Assembly: GCA_003154195.1 (NCBI GenBank)
Contig: PMCS01000009.1
Coordinates: 19,014 to 83,013 of the forward strand
Length of the DNA stretch: 64,000 nucleotides
Reading direction: 5' to 3'
From: Candidatus Omnitrophota bacterium
GTDB taxonomy: Bacteria > Omnitrophota > Gorgyraeia > Duberdicusellales > 4484-171
This document shows, piece by piece, positions 10,043 to 18,424 of the stretch. The notes under the pieces were generated by a model. It was given only the letters and a program-made list of their open reading frames with translations. It searched no databases and was not told the origin of the DNA. Positions within the stretch are counted from its first letter, which is position 1. Each line of letters begins with the position of its first letter. The position numbers and the translations under genes are program-made.

Positions 10043-10720
10043 ATGGAAAGACATGTCGACCAGGAACTAAAAGAACTGAATAAAGATATCTTAAAGATGG
10101 GCGCTTTAGCAGAGGAAGCCATCTACAAATCCATCGAAGCGTTGAAGAACAGGGACAGGGAAATGGCCGGGAGTGTCATAGAGAATGATTCCAATATTGA
10201 TAAATTGGAATTAGCCATAGATGAAAAGTGTATTGATTTGATAGCGCTCTACCAACCTATGGCCAAGGACCTCCGTTTTATTACAACCGGCATGAAAATA
10301 AATAGTGAATTGGAAAGGATAGCGGATATTGCAGTAGATATTGCGCAACGTACGCTTGAAATAGTAGACAAACCCCTTTTAAAGCCGCTGATTGATATAC
10401 CTAAGTTAACCGCTATTGCGCAAAACATGGTAAAGATGTCCATCGATGCGTTTGTCAAGGGCGATATTGCCTTAGCGAAAAAAGTTTTATTATCTGATTC
10501 CGAAGCTGATCAGCTTCGGAATGTTATACAAAAAGAGCTTATTGAAGATTATATGGTTAAAGACGCAGCTACTGCGCCAAGGGCTGTCCAGCTGTTGTTG
10601 ATCGCTCGTTTTTTAGAGCGCATATGCGATCATGCGACGAATATCGCAGAAGACGTGATTTACATGGTTCAGGCAGAAGTTGTGAGGCATCACCCCGAGA
10701 AATTAAAGAATGGAAAATAA
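10043..10720 (+). CDS. phoU: PhoU (operon 2)
   Basis: Two PhoU repeats; RBS aaggagg before ATG 10043. Confidence 0.85.
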   Translation: MERHVDQELKELNKDILKMGALAEEAIYKSIEALKNRDREMAGSVIENDSNIDKLELAIDEKCIDLIALYQPMAKDLRFITTGMKINSELERIADIAVDIAQRTLEIVDKPLLKPLIDIPKLTAIAQNMVKMSIDAFVKGDIALAKKVLLSDSEADQLRNVIQKELIEDYMVKDAATAPRAVQLLLIARFLERICDHATNIAEDVIYMVQAEVVRHHPEKLKNGK

Positions 10721-10805
10721 AAACTATTGATTTAGCTTATCATGTATCCAGATATATTTTTTGTACCGTGCGCTGTTTTGTCTAAACAAATGTTTTCTTT
10801 TTTCC

Positions 10806-10865
10806 CATCCGCGCAAGCGGATAGCGGATATTTATTTTTTACTGCGTAAAAAATAAATATTATAT
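10806..10865 (+). promoter_or_regulatory. Conserved bipartite element, copy 1: GC hairpin (catccgcgcaagcggat) plus AT-rich palindrome (atttattttttac-tgc-gtaaaaaataaat); terminator-like
   Basis: Near-identical copies at 16000-16048 and 47659-47717. Confidence 0.4.
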
Positions 10866-10953
10866 TAGTTGAAAGTTTTTTGGTTATAGGGTATCATATT
10901 ACCACTCATATTTAAAACTTTATAATATAGTATTCATACATCTTGGGGCAAAA

Positions 10954-11652
10954 ATGTTTATTCGTATACTGTCTTCATTATCATTCTGTATATTTTTTGC
11001 TTCCTGCGCCGCGACCCAAAACACGATACAAAATAACTCTGCCGTACGCGCCGGGGTGCCAAGCATTGAGCCTTATAATTCTGCCCTTTCTTCTTGCGAT
11101 CATCCTGCCTTAGAAAAAACTCAATATTACATCGTAAAGCCGGGCGATTCCTTGAGGCTGATCGCGGAAAAGTTTAATCTAAGCATAGAAAAAATAATCG
11201 AAAAAAATCATATCGCTAAACCCGGTAATTTACGCGCCGGCCAATTAGTGATTATCCCCGGCACTGAATATGAAAAAGTAAACGCAGATTTCTTTTGGCC
11301 GATAAACGGCAAAATCGTAAGTTTTTATGGTGAGAATACCGACAGCATAAAGAACAAAGGGCTGAAAATAAAAACAACTTCTCAGGCCAACGTAAAAGCG
11401 GCGCGGGATGGAGAAGTGATTTTTTCCAACTATCTCAAAGGGTGGGGAAAAACCATCATCCTGAAACATAACGGCAATTTTTACACGGTCTACGCGAATT
11501 TAATCGACACCGCGACAAAAGAAGGCTCAAGCGTAAAAAGAGGCGAAGTTGTGGGGAAATTAGCGCTGAATAAAAAAAATGGCGAAGATACCTTATATTT
11601 TGAAATAAGAAGGGGGTGCCTGCCGCAAGACCCCATGAAGTATCTCCGGTAA
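10954..11652 (+). CDS. LysM-domain / M23-family (NlpD/EnvC-like) peptidase-like lipoprotein
   Basis: Signal with Cys, LysM (YYIVKPGDSLRLIAEKFNLS…), C-terminal M23/LytM-type domain apparently lacking catalytic His motifs; sigma70-like promoter ttgaaa-17-tatcat upstream. Confidence 0.7.
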   Translation: MFIRILSSLSFCIFFASCAATQNTIQNNSAVRAGVPSIEPYNSALSSCDHPALEKTQYYIVKPGDSLRLIAEKFNLSIEKIIEKNHIAKPGNLRAGQLVIIPGTEYEKVNADFFWPINGKIVSFYGENTDSIKNKGLKIKTTSQANVKAARDGEVIFSNYLKGWGKTIILKHNGNFYTVYANLIDTATKEGSSVKRGEVVGKLALNKKNGEDTLYFEIRRGCLPQDPMKYLR

Positions 11653-11767
11653 AATGAAACAAGGGGATTAGGGCATCGGGGGATTAGGGCATCGGGGGAT
11701 TAGGATTTGGAGATTAGGATATCCCGCATCGGGTTTTTTCCTGATTCCCCAATTTCCCAATTCCCAA
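11653..11767 (+). repeat. Tandem G-rich 16-bp repeats (GGGGATTAGGGCATCG x2 plus degenerate copies) followed by cccaatt repeats
   Basis: Direct repetition visible in the sequence. Confidence 0.5.
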
Positions 11768-13414
11768 ATGCTGATACCCTGGTTTCCTGATATCCTAAAA
11801 AGAAATTACTATACTTTTAGACTCGGCAAGGTTGGTATAAATTTTATGGATGAAAAATTGTTGTGGGAAACCAAGTTTTCCACATTAGATAAAAGAATAA
11901 AGGATTTTAGCCTGGGGTATCGGCAGAATATCGCGATCTTGGGAAATGACCAGGAAGAAATATCCTACCTTCTGGAAAGCTACCTTGAACAAAACAAATC
12001 TGACGATACTGTTTATATCCATATACCGGCTTCCTATATAAATAAAAAAGAATTCTTTAAACGAGTGGCTTTAGATATATTAAGCAGCTACTCCCATAAC
12101 GAAGGAAACCTTGACAGCTTAATAAACTTAAACAATCCCTCCTTAACCGCTACGACAAATTTTATCCGTAATACCCTCAAAAAAAATACCTTAACGCTGC
12201 TGGATACGCTGGAAGTTATCAATAAATTTCTGAACGAAAGTAAACGTAAAAGTATTCTCATCGTAGAGGACTTTTTAAAAATGGCAGAACTGTTCGGCAA
12301 CTGCTTCAAAGATTTCTCCAAATTTATAATGCTGCAACGCAACTGCATGATCATTCTTGCCTCTTCCTGCACAAGAGAAACACAAAGAATATTTTCCGAT
12401 GATTTAAACTTATTATTCGGAAATTTCGAAAAAATACTTTTGGACGAAAATACTTTTTTTGATAACTATATGCATCTGAAGCGTAAACTCCAGCCGATAA
12501 ATCCCTCGCCGCTCTTTATTTCTTTTTTTGTGAATATTCTCGGCTCAAACGTCATCTATTACGATGTCATTGCCGAAAAGATAAAAGCCGGCTATACCGA
12601 TAACGCCGAGGAAAAAGTAATCGTGGAAACGTTGACCAATTCTCTTTACGCGAAAGAAACATATTTATTCCAAAAAATGCTTAAAAAAGTAGATTTGCTT
12701 AAAGAAAGATTTAAGGATTCCGACTTAACCATAAAAATACTTATTGCCCTGGGAGAAGGTTACCTGAGAAAAGATGAGCTGGTTTCGTTAAACCTTTGCG
12801 AGCGTAAGCTTCTGGTTTCCAAACTTAACAAATTATGCGATTGCAGTTACGTTGAAGCGTGCGGCAATATTTATAAAATACAGGACCCGCTGTTTGCTTT
12901 CTGGATTTCACGCGTTTTCAAAATACATTTTCTGTCTTACGCCGGCAACGCCAAAACCCGGGCGGCAGCATGGGAAAAAATGCTGCAACAGGATATTTGT
13001 TTATTTAAGGAAGACTTTTTTAAAGATAAAATTAAACGGATACTGGAATTACTCTCTTATTTTAAAGACGATACTTTAAAAGTAGGTAAAGACCGCTGCA
13101 AACTTCCCTGCGTAGAAAAAACAAAACTTTTGTCTTATTCGGATACGAACATCCACTTCTTGATCGGCGAAGGCCGGGAAATAATTTTTGCGGGGATCAA
13201 AGAAAAAAATATCACCGACAACGACGTGATCGAATTTATTGAAAAGAGTAACGGCATCAAAGGCAAAGGCGTAAAAAAAATACTGATGTCGTTGGAAAAA
13301 TTTACGCCGGAAGCTCAGCTTATCGCAAAGAATAACCGGTTGATCACCTGGGATATAAACGAAATAAACCATTTGATGAAACTGTACAATAAGCCGACAA
13401 TCCCCATCAATTGA
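11768..13414 (+). CDS. Large hypothetical protein (548 aa) with no recognisable catalytic motifs; true start may be ATG 11846
   Basis: Long ORF with typical codon use; no Walker or other motif recognised by eye. Confidence 0.5.
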   Translation: MLIPWFPDILKRNYYTFRLGKVGINFMDEKLLWETKFSTLDKRIKDFSLGYRQNIAILGNDQEEISYLLESYLEQNKSDDTVYIHIPASYINKKEFFKRVALDILSSYSHNEGNLDSLINLNNPSLTATTNFIRNTLKKNTLTLLDTLEVINKFLNESKRKSILIVEDFLKMAELFGNCFKDFSKFIMLQRNCMIILASSCTRETQRIFSDDLNLLFGNFEKILLDENTFFDNYMHLKRKLQPINPSPLFISFFVNILGSNVIYYDVIAEKIKAGYTDNAEEKVIVETLTNSLYAKETYLFQKMLKKVDLLKERFKDSDLTIKILIALGEGYLRKDELVSLNLCERKLLVSKLNKLCDCSYVEACGNIYKIQDPLFAFWISRVFKIHFLSYAGNAKTRAAAWEKMLQQDICLFKEDFFKDKIKRILELLSYFKDDTLKVGKDRCKLPCVEKTKLLSYSDTNIHFLIGEGREIIFAGIKEKNITDNDVIEFIEKSNGIKGKGVKKILMSLEKFTPEAQLIAKNNRLITWDINEINHLMKLYNKPTIPIN

Positions 13415-13500
13415 AATTTTCGCTGGAAAACCAGCAAAAATTTCAATTGCCCCCGTAAGCCAAAAAGTCGGGAGAGGATTGCGAATCTCTGAGGCCTTTA

Positions 13501-13998
13501 ATGAGAATTTTGGTAATTTCCGACACGCATATACCGGTTACGGAAAAAAAATTACCCCCTATAATCGAAGAAGAAGCAAAAAAAAGCAACTGCTGTCTTC
13601 ATGCCGGAGATATGATCGATTATGAAACATTTGAACAATTATCTAAACTGGTAAAAGTATACGCCGTATGCGGCAATATGGACCAGGACCAGGTAAGAAA
13701 AAAGTTACCCGCCAAAGAGATTGTGACCCTCGATGATATCACAATCGGCCTTATTCATGGCCAGGGCGCTCCCGCGACTATAATCGATTATATCAACAAG
13801 GAATTTGCCGCCGATCTTGAACGAATAGATATTATTGTCTACGGCCACACCCACTGTCCCTCCGATAAAGAGATAAACGACAAAATTTATTTTAACCCGG
13901 GATCGCCTACCGATCGAGTATTCGCTCCTTATTGTTCCTACGGCATTTTAGAAATAAATGGCCGCGATATTAAACGGAGGCTCGTTAAAATTGAATAA
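13501..13998 (+). CDS. Metallophosphoesterase (YfcE/MJ0936-type phosphodiesterase)
   Basis: ISDTH, GDM.D, GNMD and GHTH metal-binding motifs. Confidence 0.75.
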   Translation: MRILVISDTHIPVTEKKLPPIIEEEAKKSNCCLHAGDMIDYETFEQLSKLVKVYAVCGNMDQDQVRKKLPAKEIVTLDDITIGLIHGQGAPATIIDYINKEFAADLERIDIIVYGHTHCPSDKEINDKIYFNPGSPTDRVFAPYCSYGILEINGRDIKRRLVKIE

Positions 13999-14485
13999 AC
14001 TTTGGGCGCCGTGGCGGATAAAATATCTCACGCAAAATAAAATACGGGGATGTATCTTTTGCCGTGCCGGTAAAGCCGGCAAAAGTAAAAACGAACAAAA
14101 CTTCGTGGTCGAACGCTCACCTCATTCATTTATCATCCTGAACGCCTTCCCGTATAATAACGGCCACCTGATGGCCGTTCCGCGGCGTCACGTAGATGCC
14201 CTGGATAAATTAAACGATGGGGAAATTTTAGATTTAAATAAATCTACTCTTCGGGCGATACGGTTATTGCAAAAAACATTAAAACCCGACGGCTTTAATG
14301 TAGGCATGAACCTGGGCAAAATTGCCGGTGCGGGCATAGAAAAACATATCCACATACATATCGTCCCCCGCTGGCAGGGAGATACAAATTTTATGCCGGT
14401 GCTAGCCGACACGAAGATAATTTCGCAAAGCCTTCATGATTTATATAAACTGCTTACAAAAGCGAAAACATTGACGGTAGAATAA
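13991..14485 (+). CDS. HIT-family (histidine triad) protein; likely TTG start at 13991 overlapping the upstream stop (ORF is open from 13958)
   Basis: HIHIHIVPR histidine-triad motif, N-terminal CIFC zinc motif. Confidence 0.75.
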   Translation: MNKLWAPWRIKYLTQNKIRGCIFCRAGKAGKSKNEQNFVVERSPHSFIILNAFPYNNGHLMAVPRRHVDALDKLNDGEILDLNKSTLRAIRLLQKTLKPDGFNVGMNLGKIAGAGIEKHIHIHIVPRWQGDTNFMPVLADTKIISQSLHDLYKLLTKAKTLTVE

Positions 14486-14519
14486 AATCTGGTATGATAA
14501 ATTAGTTTGGTGATATTTT

Positions 14520-14727
14520 TTTTGCGAAACAAACCCCCTTCGGGGGTTCACCGCCTCCCTGAATAATATATCTAAGGAAGCGGGATCCCGCCGAGTGAAG
14601 CGCAGGCGGGAAATTCGACTATCCCCTTACGGGGATAATTCAACTAAGCCCGGAGTACCGGGCAAGTTTCATTACCGCCTCGCGCGGCGTTCCTTCGGAA
14701 CTTGCGCTCGGCGAAGTCTCATTAATT
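14520..14727 (+). promoter_or_regulatory. Highly structured GC-rich 5' leader of the HD-GYP gene with several UUCG-type tetraloop hairpins; candidate cis-regulatory RNA
   Basis: aaccccc-ttcg-ggggtt, atcccc-ttac-ggggat, cccgg-agta-ccggg, gttcc-ttcg-ggaac; shares the 15-mer aagcgggatcccgcc with 39681-39695. Confidence 0.3.
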
Positions 14728-15762
14728 ATGAAAAAATATAAACAGATATTTTCCACATTCCATACGGTATATCGCCTGATCACTGCTTCCAGCAACGTAT
14801 CGAATTTCTTAAGCGGCGCGTGCCGCCTTTACAAAAATTCTTTTAAACTGGACAGGGTCGTGATCATCTGTAAAAACGTAAATTACAGCCTCTATATAAA
14901 AATACGCATGGAAAATAATTGCCAATATGAAAAAAAGGGCGGCATCTCTATCCTGACCAAAAGAGAAAAAGAAATATTGAACCGGGAAAAAGAAATATCT
15001 TTCCCTAACCGGCTGTTTTACCCTCTTGTTTTTTCTGAAACGTTAGGCGTTATTTATATAAAACGCGGCCCCCCCAACGGCCCCTTCACGGAATTGGAAA
15101 AAAAATGGTTTTTCTCGCTTTCCGAAGAAATAAGCGTCGGCCTGAAGATTTTCAATTTATACCGTGAAGAAAAAAAGATGATCATCAGCTACGTTAAATC
15201 TCTTACGAAATTATTAGACCAGTATGTTCCCACGTCATACCTGCATACCAAAAATATATTCCGTTTCATAAGGATGCTGGGCAAGGCGATGAAACTTTCC
15301 GAAGCGGAAATAAAATCCCTGGAATACGCGTCGCTTTTGCATGACGCGGGTAAAATACAGCTTCCCTCGGCGATATTGAAAAAACAAAGGCCGCTTACCG
15401 ACGAAGAATTCAAAATAATCAGGAAACACCCCCGCGAAGGCGTTGAATTGATAAAAGATTTGGATATCCTTAAACCTGTTATCCCGATAATCCTGCACCA
15501 CCATGAACGATACGACGGCTCGGGTTATCCTTCACGTTTAAAAAAAGAACAGATACCGATCGGCTCAAGAATTCTTTCCATAATTGACGCGTTTGACGCA
15601 ATGTATTTCGGAAGGCCCTACCGAAAAAAAATACCGCTGCCGGAAATAGAGCAGGAAATCAAAAAGGAATCGGCGAAACAATTTGACCCCAAAATCGTCG
15701 ATATTTTTTTGAAAATATTGCGCCGGAAAGCAACGCCGAAAGAATTACGCTTTTCGAAATAA
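14728..15762 (+). CDS. HD-GYP domain protein (cyclic-di-GMP phosphodiesterase family) with an N-terminal sensor region
   Basis: HDAGK…HHERYDGSGYP motif block. Confidence 0.75.
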   Translation: MKKYKQIFSTFHTVYRLITASSNVSNFLSGACRLYKNSFKLDRVVIICKNVNYSLYIKIRMENNCQYEKKGGISILTKREKEILNREKEISFPNRLFYPLVFSETLGVIYIKRGPPNGPFTELEKKWFFSLSEEISVGLKIFNLYREEKKMIISYVKSLTKLLDQYVPTSYLHTKNIFRFIRMLGKAMKLSEAEIKSLEYASLLHDAGKIQLPSAILKKQRPLTDEEFKIIRKHPREGVELIKDLDILKPVIPIILHHHERYDGSGYPSRLKKEQIPIGSRILSIIDAFDAMYFGRPYRKKIPLPEIEQEIKKESAKQFDPKIVDIFLKILRRKATPKELRFSK

Positions 15763-15766
15763 AAAT

Positions 15767-15797
15767 GCCCTGAGATAAAACCGCAGGGCATTTTTAT
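15767..15797 (+). terminator. Rho-independent terminator after the HD-GYP gene
   Basis: gccctg…cagggc stem followed by atttttat. Confidence 0.5.
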
Positions 15798-15999
15798 CCA
15801 CCTCCGCTTCGCGGAGTAAAAAACATCCCTTTCGTCACACCCTCTCTCCATTGGAACAATTCAGCGAAAGGAAAAATATTTTATCCCGAAGGTTAAGGAT
15901 ATGTTGATTTTTCCCAAAAATATTTTATAATGCTATTTAAGGTAAGGGCGTATTCTTGCTATAATCGATACCGGCGATAAATTTAGTGTATGCTTTTAT

Positions 16000-16048
16000 G
16001 TTTTTCATCCGCGAAGCGGATGAAAGATATTTTTTGCGGAGCAAAAAA
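16000..16048 (+). promoter_or_regulatory. Conserved bipartite element, copy 2 (catccgcgaagcggatg + atattttttgcggagcaaaaaatat) ending at the ATG of the SPOR gene
   Basis: See 10806 and 47659; extended -10 tgctataat at 15957-15965 upstream. Confidence 0.4.
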
Positions 16049-16049
16049 T

Positions 16050-16667
16050 ATGAAAGGAAAACAATTATATTTTTTTGAGTCCGACGAAGAAAAAAATATG
16101 CAAAAACGCAATATAGTAAATTTACCCCTGGACACCCTGATCATGTTCTCAATCGTTATCGCGCTATTGTTTGCTCTGATGTTTTCGCTCGGCGTAGAAA
16201 AGGGAAGAAAAATAGCGTATGCCTTAACGGAAAAAAATGAAATAAAACATGAGGCCGCCGTTTTAGATACGCCGGCGCCTGTCGGCGCTTCAGCCCCTAA
16301 AAAAATAATTTCCTCGCCGGGTGAAATTTACCAGAACCTTAAAACGCAAATACCGAACGCCCCGCGGCTGCAAACGGCAAATCTTGCGCCGGCGCCGGTT
16401 GAGGCCATTGCTTACGATACAAATGAACAAACGGCCGAAGAAAATACAACCAATAAATACCTTATCCAAGTCGCAACTTTCATGAAAGAAAATGTCGCCA
16501 ATCAGGAAGCAAAAAGCTTAGAAAAAAACGGTTATCCTGTATTGGTAGCGAAAAAAGGGAAATTTATCGTAGTCTTTGTAGGAAACTTCAAGGGCACGCA
16601 AGAAGCGCAAAAAAATATGAAAGAGTTAAAAAAGAAATATAAAGATTGTTTCTTAAGGAGGCTATAA
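16050..16667 (+). CDS. SPOR-domain protein (septal peptidoglycan-binding), single N-terminal TM helix; ORF is open from 15990
   Basis: C-terminal SPOR-like block YLIQVATFMKENVANQEAKSLEKNGYPVLVAKKGKFIVVFVGNFKG. Confidence 0.65.
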   Translation: MKGKQLYFFESDEEKNMQKRNIVNLPLDTLIMFSIVIALLFALMFSLGVEKGRKIAYALTEKNEIKHEAAVLDTPAPVGASAPKKIISSPGEIYQNLKTQIPNAPRLQTANLAPAPVEAIAYDTNEQTAEENTTNKYLIQVATFMKENVANQEAKSLEKNGYPVLVAKKGKFIVVFVGNFKGTQEAQKNMKELKKKYKDCFLRRL

Positions 16668-16921
16668 TGAGTTTACATCCGTCTTTAAAGCGGGCAGAAA
16701 AAATGGCAGCCAGTCGTTCGGTCATGAAACGCAGCGAAAGAATCAAATGGCTGGTGGAAAAAGGCATATGGAAAGAAAAAGACCGCGTGGTCGGCCTCGC
16801 GAAAATCAAAGTAGTAAAAGTAAAAACAGCTAAGAAAGAAAAGAAAGAAGAGAAGCCGGCAGAAGGCGCCGCTGTTGCCGCGCCGGCTACGGCAACTACT
16901 GCCGCGCCCGGAAAGAAGTAA
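16667..16921 (+). CDS. Small basic hypothetical protein (84 aa) with an Ala/Lys-rich tail
   Basis: Perfect RBS taaggagg 5 nt before ATG 16667; overlaps the upstream stop as TAATG. Confidence 0.5.
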   Translation: MSLHPSLKRAEKMAASRSVMKRSERIKWLVEKGIWKEKDRVVGLAKIKVVKVKTAKKEKKEEKPAEGAAVAAPATATTAAPGKK

Positions 16922-16928
16922 ACGATTT

Positions 16929-17837
16929 ATGACAAAACGCCGACGAACGGTACTTTTCGGGTTAAGCCTGGCAATTCTGAGCACGGCGTCGGCCCAGGAC
17001 TACCGGGCCGTTAAAGATAAGGTCACCATCAGGGCGGACTCCACGGTTACTTCCGCCTCCCTCGGCTGCCTCAAAAAAGGCCACACCGTAAAAGTAATCG
17101 GTGAGAGGTACGACTGGTACAAAATTATTCTGCCTAAAGACTTCCTCTGCTATGCCGCGACGCAATTCTTAACCAAACAAAAACCAGACAACAACCGGCT
17201 TACCGTTTCCGCCAACCGGTTGAACTTACGCGATAAACCATCTCTGGATTCGGATATCATCGGCAGCGTAAAACAAGGCGACATGTTAACGGCCGCCGGC
17301 GAAAAAGACGGTTGGTTTAAAATAAAAGGCTATCCGCACGCGCATGGCTGGATTCATAAAAGTTTCTTGCAAAAAACCGAGCCCCCGCCGGAGGACTCTG
17401 CCTTGCTCGCGCAAAAACAAAACTTTACCACGCAGATGCGCGGATTAAGGGAGGCTGCCGGGGAAAAGAAAAAAGAGATTCGCGGCCGGTTAATCGAGAA
17501 GGGAGACGCGATTATCCCGCAGTTGGAATCTTATTTAGATGATGCCGCCGCGGCCAAAGACAGCATCGCCTATGATATAATTTATATCTTAGGCGAAATC
17601 GGAAAAAAGAACCTGAAGGCCGCAGACGATTTCTTAGACAAAACCGGCAACGGATCACCGTCGATATCCGCGGCGTATCTGGATATCGCCCAGGATATCC
17701 TTGAGCCGAGGCAAAACCGTAAACCTTACTTTTACCTCGCGCAAAACAATAAACTAACGATAAAGGATATCGAAATCGCTAAAAAAAATTTACAGAAATT
17801 ATACGGTCGGCGGTTTAACGCAAACATACCCAAATGA
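16929..17837 (+). CDS. Secreted protein with two bacterial SH3 (SH3b) domains and C-terminal HEAT/ARM-like repeats
   Basis: Signal peptide; two …VTIRA.S…G.L.KG..V.VIGE..DWYKI… SH3b-like segments. Confidence 0.6.
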   Translation: MTKRRRTVLFGLSLAILSTASAQDYRAVKDKVTIRADSTVTSASLGCLKKGHTVKVIGERYDWYKIILPKDFLCYAATQFLTKQKPDNNRLTVSANRLNLRDKPSLDSDIIGSVKQGDMLTAAGEKDGWFKIKGYPHAHGWIHKSFLQKTEPPPEDSALLAQKQNFTTQMRGLREAAGEKKKEIRGRLIEKGDAIIPQLESYLDDAAAAKDSIAYDIIYILGEIGKKNLKAADDFLDKTGNGSPSISAAYLDIAQDILEPRQNRKPYFYLAQNNKLTIKDIEIAKKNLQKLYGRRFNANIPK

Positions 17838-18424
17838 CCCTGATCCTGATAGTTTTAATAACGCTTTCCCTTGCCGCCGGAGAGTACGCCCGCGCCCGGA
17901 TTGCCGACAATTTAGGCGATTCAACCCCCTATGAAACAAATCGGTTAACCCCCAACCCTTTAAGGCACGTTGATATCTTCGGCTCAATTATTCTTCCCCT
18001 GATAATTCTGGCAATCACCGATGCGAGCATAGCGATAGGATACGCTAAACCTGTTGCCGTTAACCCCTATTACTTCAAAAATCCCAAAAAAGGCACAATG
18101 CTGGTGTCCCTGGCCAGGCCTTTGATCAATACCGCAACCGCGGTTATCTCGATTCTGCTCATGAAACTAACCGGAGGAACTTTTGCCGGTGATTTATTTT
18201 TTCGCTATGCCGTAATAAGTATCGGGTTGGCGATATTCAATCTTATGCCGATACCGGGTTTTGACGGTTTTAAAATCGTAACGGCCCTCTTGCCTTACGA
18301 AACAGCCCACCGCCATCTTAAAACGAGGATTATCGGAATTATCGTTATATTGGTAATAGTGCTGATGGGCCTGCCGGAAAGATTTTTTTCGTTCCTGACC
18401 GGCGCTTTAACCGGAAGAATATAA
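17834..18424 (+). CDS. Site-2-protease-family (YwhC-like M50) membrane protein homolog with degenerate zinc site
   Basis: GEYARARIADNLGD…RLTPNPLRHVD aligns with the family's HEFAHAWAA…GDPT…RLTLNPLAHID; both HExxH histidines are replaced. Confidence 0.6.
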   Translation: MTLILIVLITLSLAAGEYARARIADNLGDSTPYETNRLTPNPLRHVDIFGSIILPLIILAITDASIAIGYAKPVAVNPYYFKNPKKGTMLVSLARPLINTATAVISILLMKLTGGTFAGDLFFRYAVISIGLAIFNLMPIPGFDGFKIVTALLPYETAHRHLKTRIIGIIVILVIVLMGLPERFFSFLTGALTGRI

